From Macrostomum hystrix (taxonomy: Eukaryota > Animalia > Platyhelminthes): a stretch of DNA of 64,000 nt. This document shows, piece by piece, positions 61,701 to 64,000 of the stretch. The translations under genes and the position numbers were made by a program. The first letter of the stretch is position 1. The number at the start of each line of letters is the position of its first letter. The stretch lies in assembly GCA_950097015.1 (NCBI GenBank), contig CATNEN010000038.1, positions 3,410,001 to 3,474,000 on the forward strand. The letters run 5' to 3'. The notes beneath the pieces were generated by a model that ran no database searches, was not told the origin of the DNA, and saw only the letters and a list, made by a program, of their open reading frames with translations.

Positions 61701-64000
61701 AGAGCGCCCTTCTCGGACAAGCGAATCTTGTCGAAGATCCTGTTGACAAGGACAACCAACAAATTTCTCTGCATAAACCTCTTTGGCGAATCCATATTAA
61801 TACAATAATAAAGGGCCAACAGTATAATCAATGAAAAAAATAATCAACAATAATAGCCGACATGCCCATAAATGATGAAATTTTGTGAGCGCAAATTTTT
61901 TGCCAATTTTGGTGGCTTTTGCCACCAGATATCCGGCGAGAATCGTTGAATATCTCGACGATGCTAATAATTTGTGATTCTGGAAGTTGCTTTATCGGAG
62001 AGAGCGGAAAAGTTTTCGCATGTGTTCTGGATTTTCCTGGCCATTGGTTGAATATTTGGAGGCAAGTCACGTGACTAAACCGAGGTGTTCGAAATGGGAA
62101 TTCCCTTTTTCTAAAAATAGATGCACAAGCGTACTCTCGTTATCTCTACCATCTAACATTTATTAATTACCACTAAAATGCTTCAAAACCGTTTGAGCTT
62201 CTTTGAACGCGTGACCTTCGCAGACTTGGATGTGGCTCATCGGCCCTACGGTAGTGTACATTGTCGAGAAGCTTCTTCGACTGGCCCGTCGCTGTCGCCG
62301 GGTTGAACTGGTCCGCGTTGTCCAGCATCCGTCCAGGGTGATCGAGCTGCGGCTGCGCTGTCCCGGATTTTCCGCGGCGCCTGGCGAGTACGTCTTCCTG
62401 CTGGTGCCGGAAGCCTCGCAGCTGCAGTGGCATCCGTTTACGCTAACCTCGGTGAGTGTATTTTCGCGTTTTTCGATACATATCGGACTCGAGATAAAGC
62501 TATTGAAAAATATCTTTATTAATCGAATGTTGAAAAAAAACCGAGTAAGAGTTCAATTCATGATTTAGCAGTATCGTAAAGTCTTCAGGCCCCTACTTGG
62601 GCGGTGCGATAGTATTTATTAAGAGAATTGTTCACTGTCAGCATTGAGCATAAAGTAATGTACATTAGAGGAGGCAGAAGTGTCCAACACATGTACGTGC
62701 GTGGGCGGGGGCAGGAAAAAGGAGGTTAGCTGTTAGATATGCGAGACAGTTTTTGAGCAAGCCAGTTAGACAAGACATTAGAGTTACCTGTTATTCATGA
62801 GTGCTACCTGTTAGCCATACGTGTTACCTGTTAGACATGGGAGTTACCTGTAAGACACTGAAGTTACTCTGTTAGAAATATCAGTTACCCGTTAGACAAG
62901 ACATTTACCTGTTAGTCATTAGTGCTACCTGTTAGACACAAAAGTCACCTGTTACGGCTGCCAGACGTCGGAGTTACCTGTTAGACATTGAAGTTACCTG
63001 TTTGTCATGTGTGTTACGTGTTAGATACTGGAGTTACCTGTTAGACACCATAACTTGGGCACTCAATTCGCAGGCGCCAGACGATCCGTACTTCTCCGTG
63101 CACATTCGCACGGTTGGCGACTGGACTAAACAGGTGGAACAGCTGTTCACCAAGTGCTACGGCAAGGGCGACTTGACCACCGCTGAGCGTGAAGTGCTGC
63201 CTAAGTGAGCTGAGGCGGTGGGGCGTCACGCCGGTGGCAGTGAGGTGTCAAGGGTTGGCAGTGAGGTGTCAAGGGTTGGCAGTGAGGTGTCAAGAGTTGG
63301 CAGTGGGGTGTCAAAGGGTTGGCAGCGAGATGTCAAGGGGTTGGCAGCGAGATGTCAAAGGGTTGGCAGTAAGGTGTCAAAGCTTTGGCAGTGAGTTGTC
63401 AAAGGGTTGGCAGTGAGGTGTCAAAGGGTTGGCATTAAACAAAATTCAGAATTCAAAATCTATTTCAAACTCCTCTTTGCCAGGATCTACGTTGATGGGC
63501 CGTATGGCACCGCCACTGATGTAAGCTAGCTGTTGGTGTTTCGCTTTTTATTTAATTCACAGTTTGCTAGATACGAAAAAGGGTGCTTTTACAGCCTGTC
63601 AAATCCCTTTATAGAATTATTATATCAATAAACTTTCGAATCCCAAATTAAATGACGTCATTAACCATCTGTCAGTATGTGAAAAGGACCCCATAAGCCG
63701 TTTCTCAAACCCTACATAAATTACCGGAAAATAATCCCAAGCGAACAGCCAGTCACAAAGCCCTAGCAATGCCCTACTCAACCGCAGGGCGTCACGCACT
63801 ACTCAGTCTCGGTGCTGATTGGCTGCGGCATCGGGGTGACGCCATTCGCCTCCGTACTGCGCGACATCTGGCACCAGGTGCAGAAGACCCGGTCGCTGAG
63901 GAAGCTCAGACGGCTGTACTTTTACTGGATCTGCCCGGACTATCGGGCATTCGAATGGTTCGCAGAGTCGCTGCAGGATCTAGAACGTGACCTACGGCGA
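55747..64000 (+). CDS. NOX: NADPH oxidase, NOX1-4 / gp91phox type (3'-partial)
   Basis: Exons: 55747-55809 (..WCYNEG..), 57832-57927, 58019-58138 ([25 protein letters not shown]), 60209-60639 (heme His in LHRAVA..HTAVH and [13 protein letters not shown]), 61432-61561, 62224-62451 (QWHPFTLTS), 63074-63204 ([11 protein letters not shown]), 63484-63520 (VDGPYG), 63788-end ([23 protein letters not shown]). Confidence 0.95.
55845..57750. repeat. Purine-rich ~17-23-bp minisatellite (GGGAAGAATGGGAGAGAAGGATT)n
   Basis: Fills NOX intron 55810-57831. Confidence 0.95.
58240..60180. repeat. 18-19-bp minisatellite (GTGGAGTGAGAGGTAGACA)n
   Basis: Fills NOX intron 58139-60208. Confidence 0.95.
60680..61360. 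repeat. 13-14-bp minisatellite (TGAGTTCTCCCAC)n
   Basis: Fills NOX intron 60640-61431. Confidence 0.9.
62780..63050. repeat. Degenerate ~22-bp minisatellite (GTTACCTGTTAGAC core)
   Basis: Tandem copies in a NOX intron. Confidence 0.8.
63235..63435. repeat. 21-22-bp minisatellite (GGCAGTGAGGTGTCAAGGGTT)n
   Basis: Tandem copies in a NOX intron. Confidence 0.85.

Overview
Eukaryotic (invertebrate animal) genomic DNA with GT-AG introns and a very high density of intronic minisatellites. The style suggests a flatworm such as Macrostomum, but that is inference. Genes reconstructed by hand from splice sites and reading frame: a partial secreted mucin-like gene (-), a complete HIP1/HIP1R/Sla2 gene (-, ~9.0-31.0 kb), a single-pass receptor with a divergent F-type-lectin/F5-8C-like ectodomain (+), an unrecognised two-exon gene (-), RSPH1 (-), a penta-EF-hand gene (+) and a NOX1-4-type NADPH oxidase running off the right end (+). 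Mobile DNA includes a 5'-truncated RTE-like LINE, two families of tRNA-derived SINEs, a hAT-like MITE with an 8-bp TSD, and a Tc1/IS630-like relic whose terminal repeat has expanded into a satellite. Most long ORFs in the supplied track are artefacts of tandem repeats. The most striking observation is a ~110-bp unit at 44020-44130: a type I hammerhead ribozyme core sits between a Pol III A box and B box, where a tRNA anticodon arm would be, and is followed by a T8 terminator.
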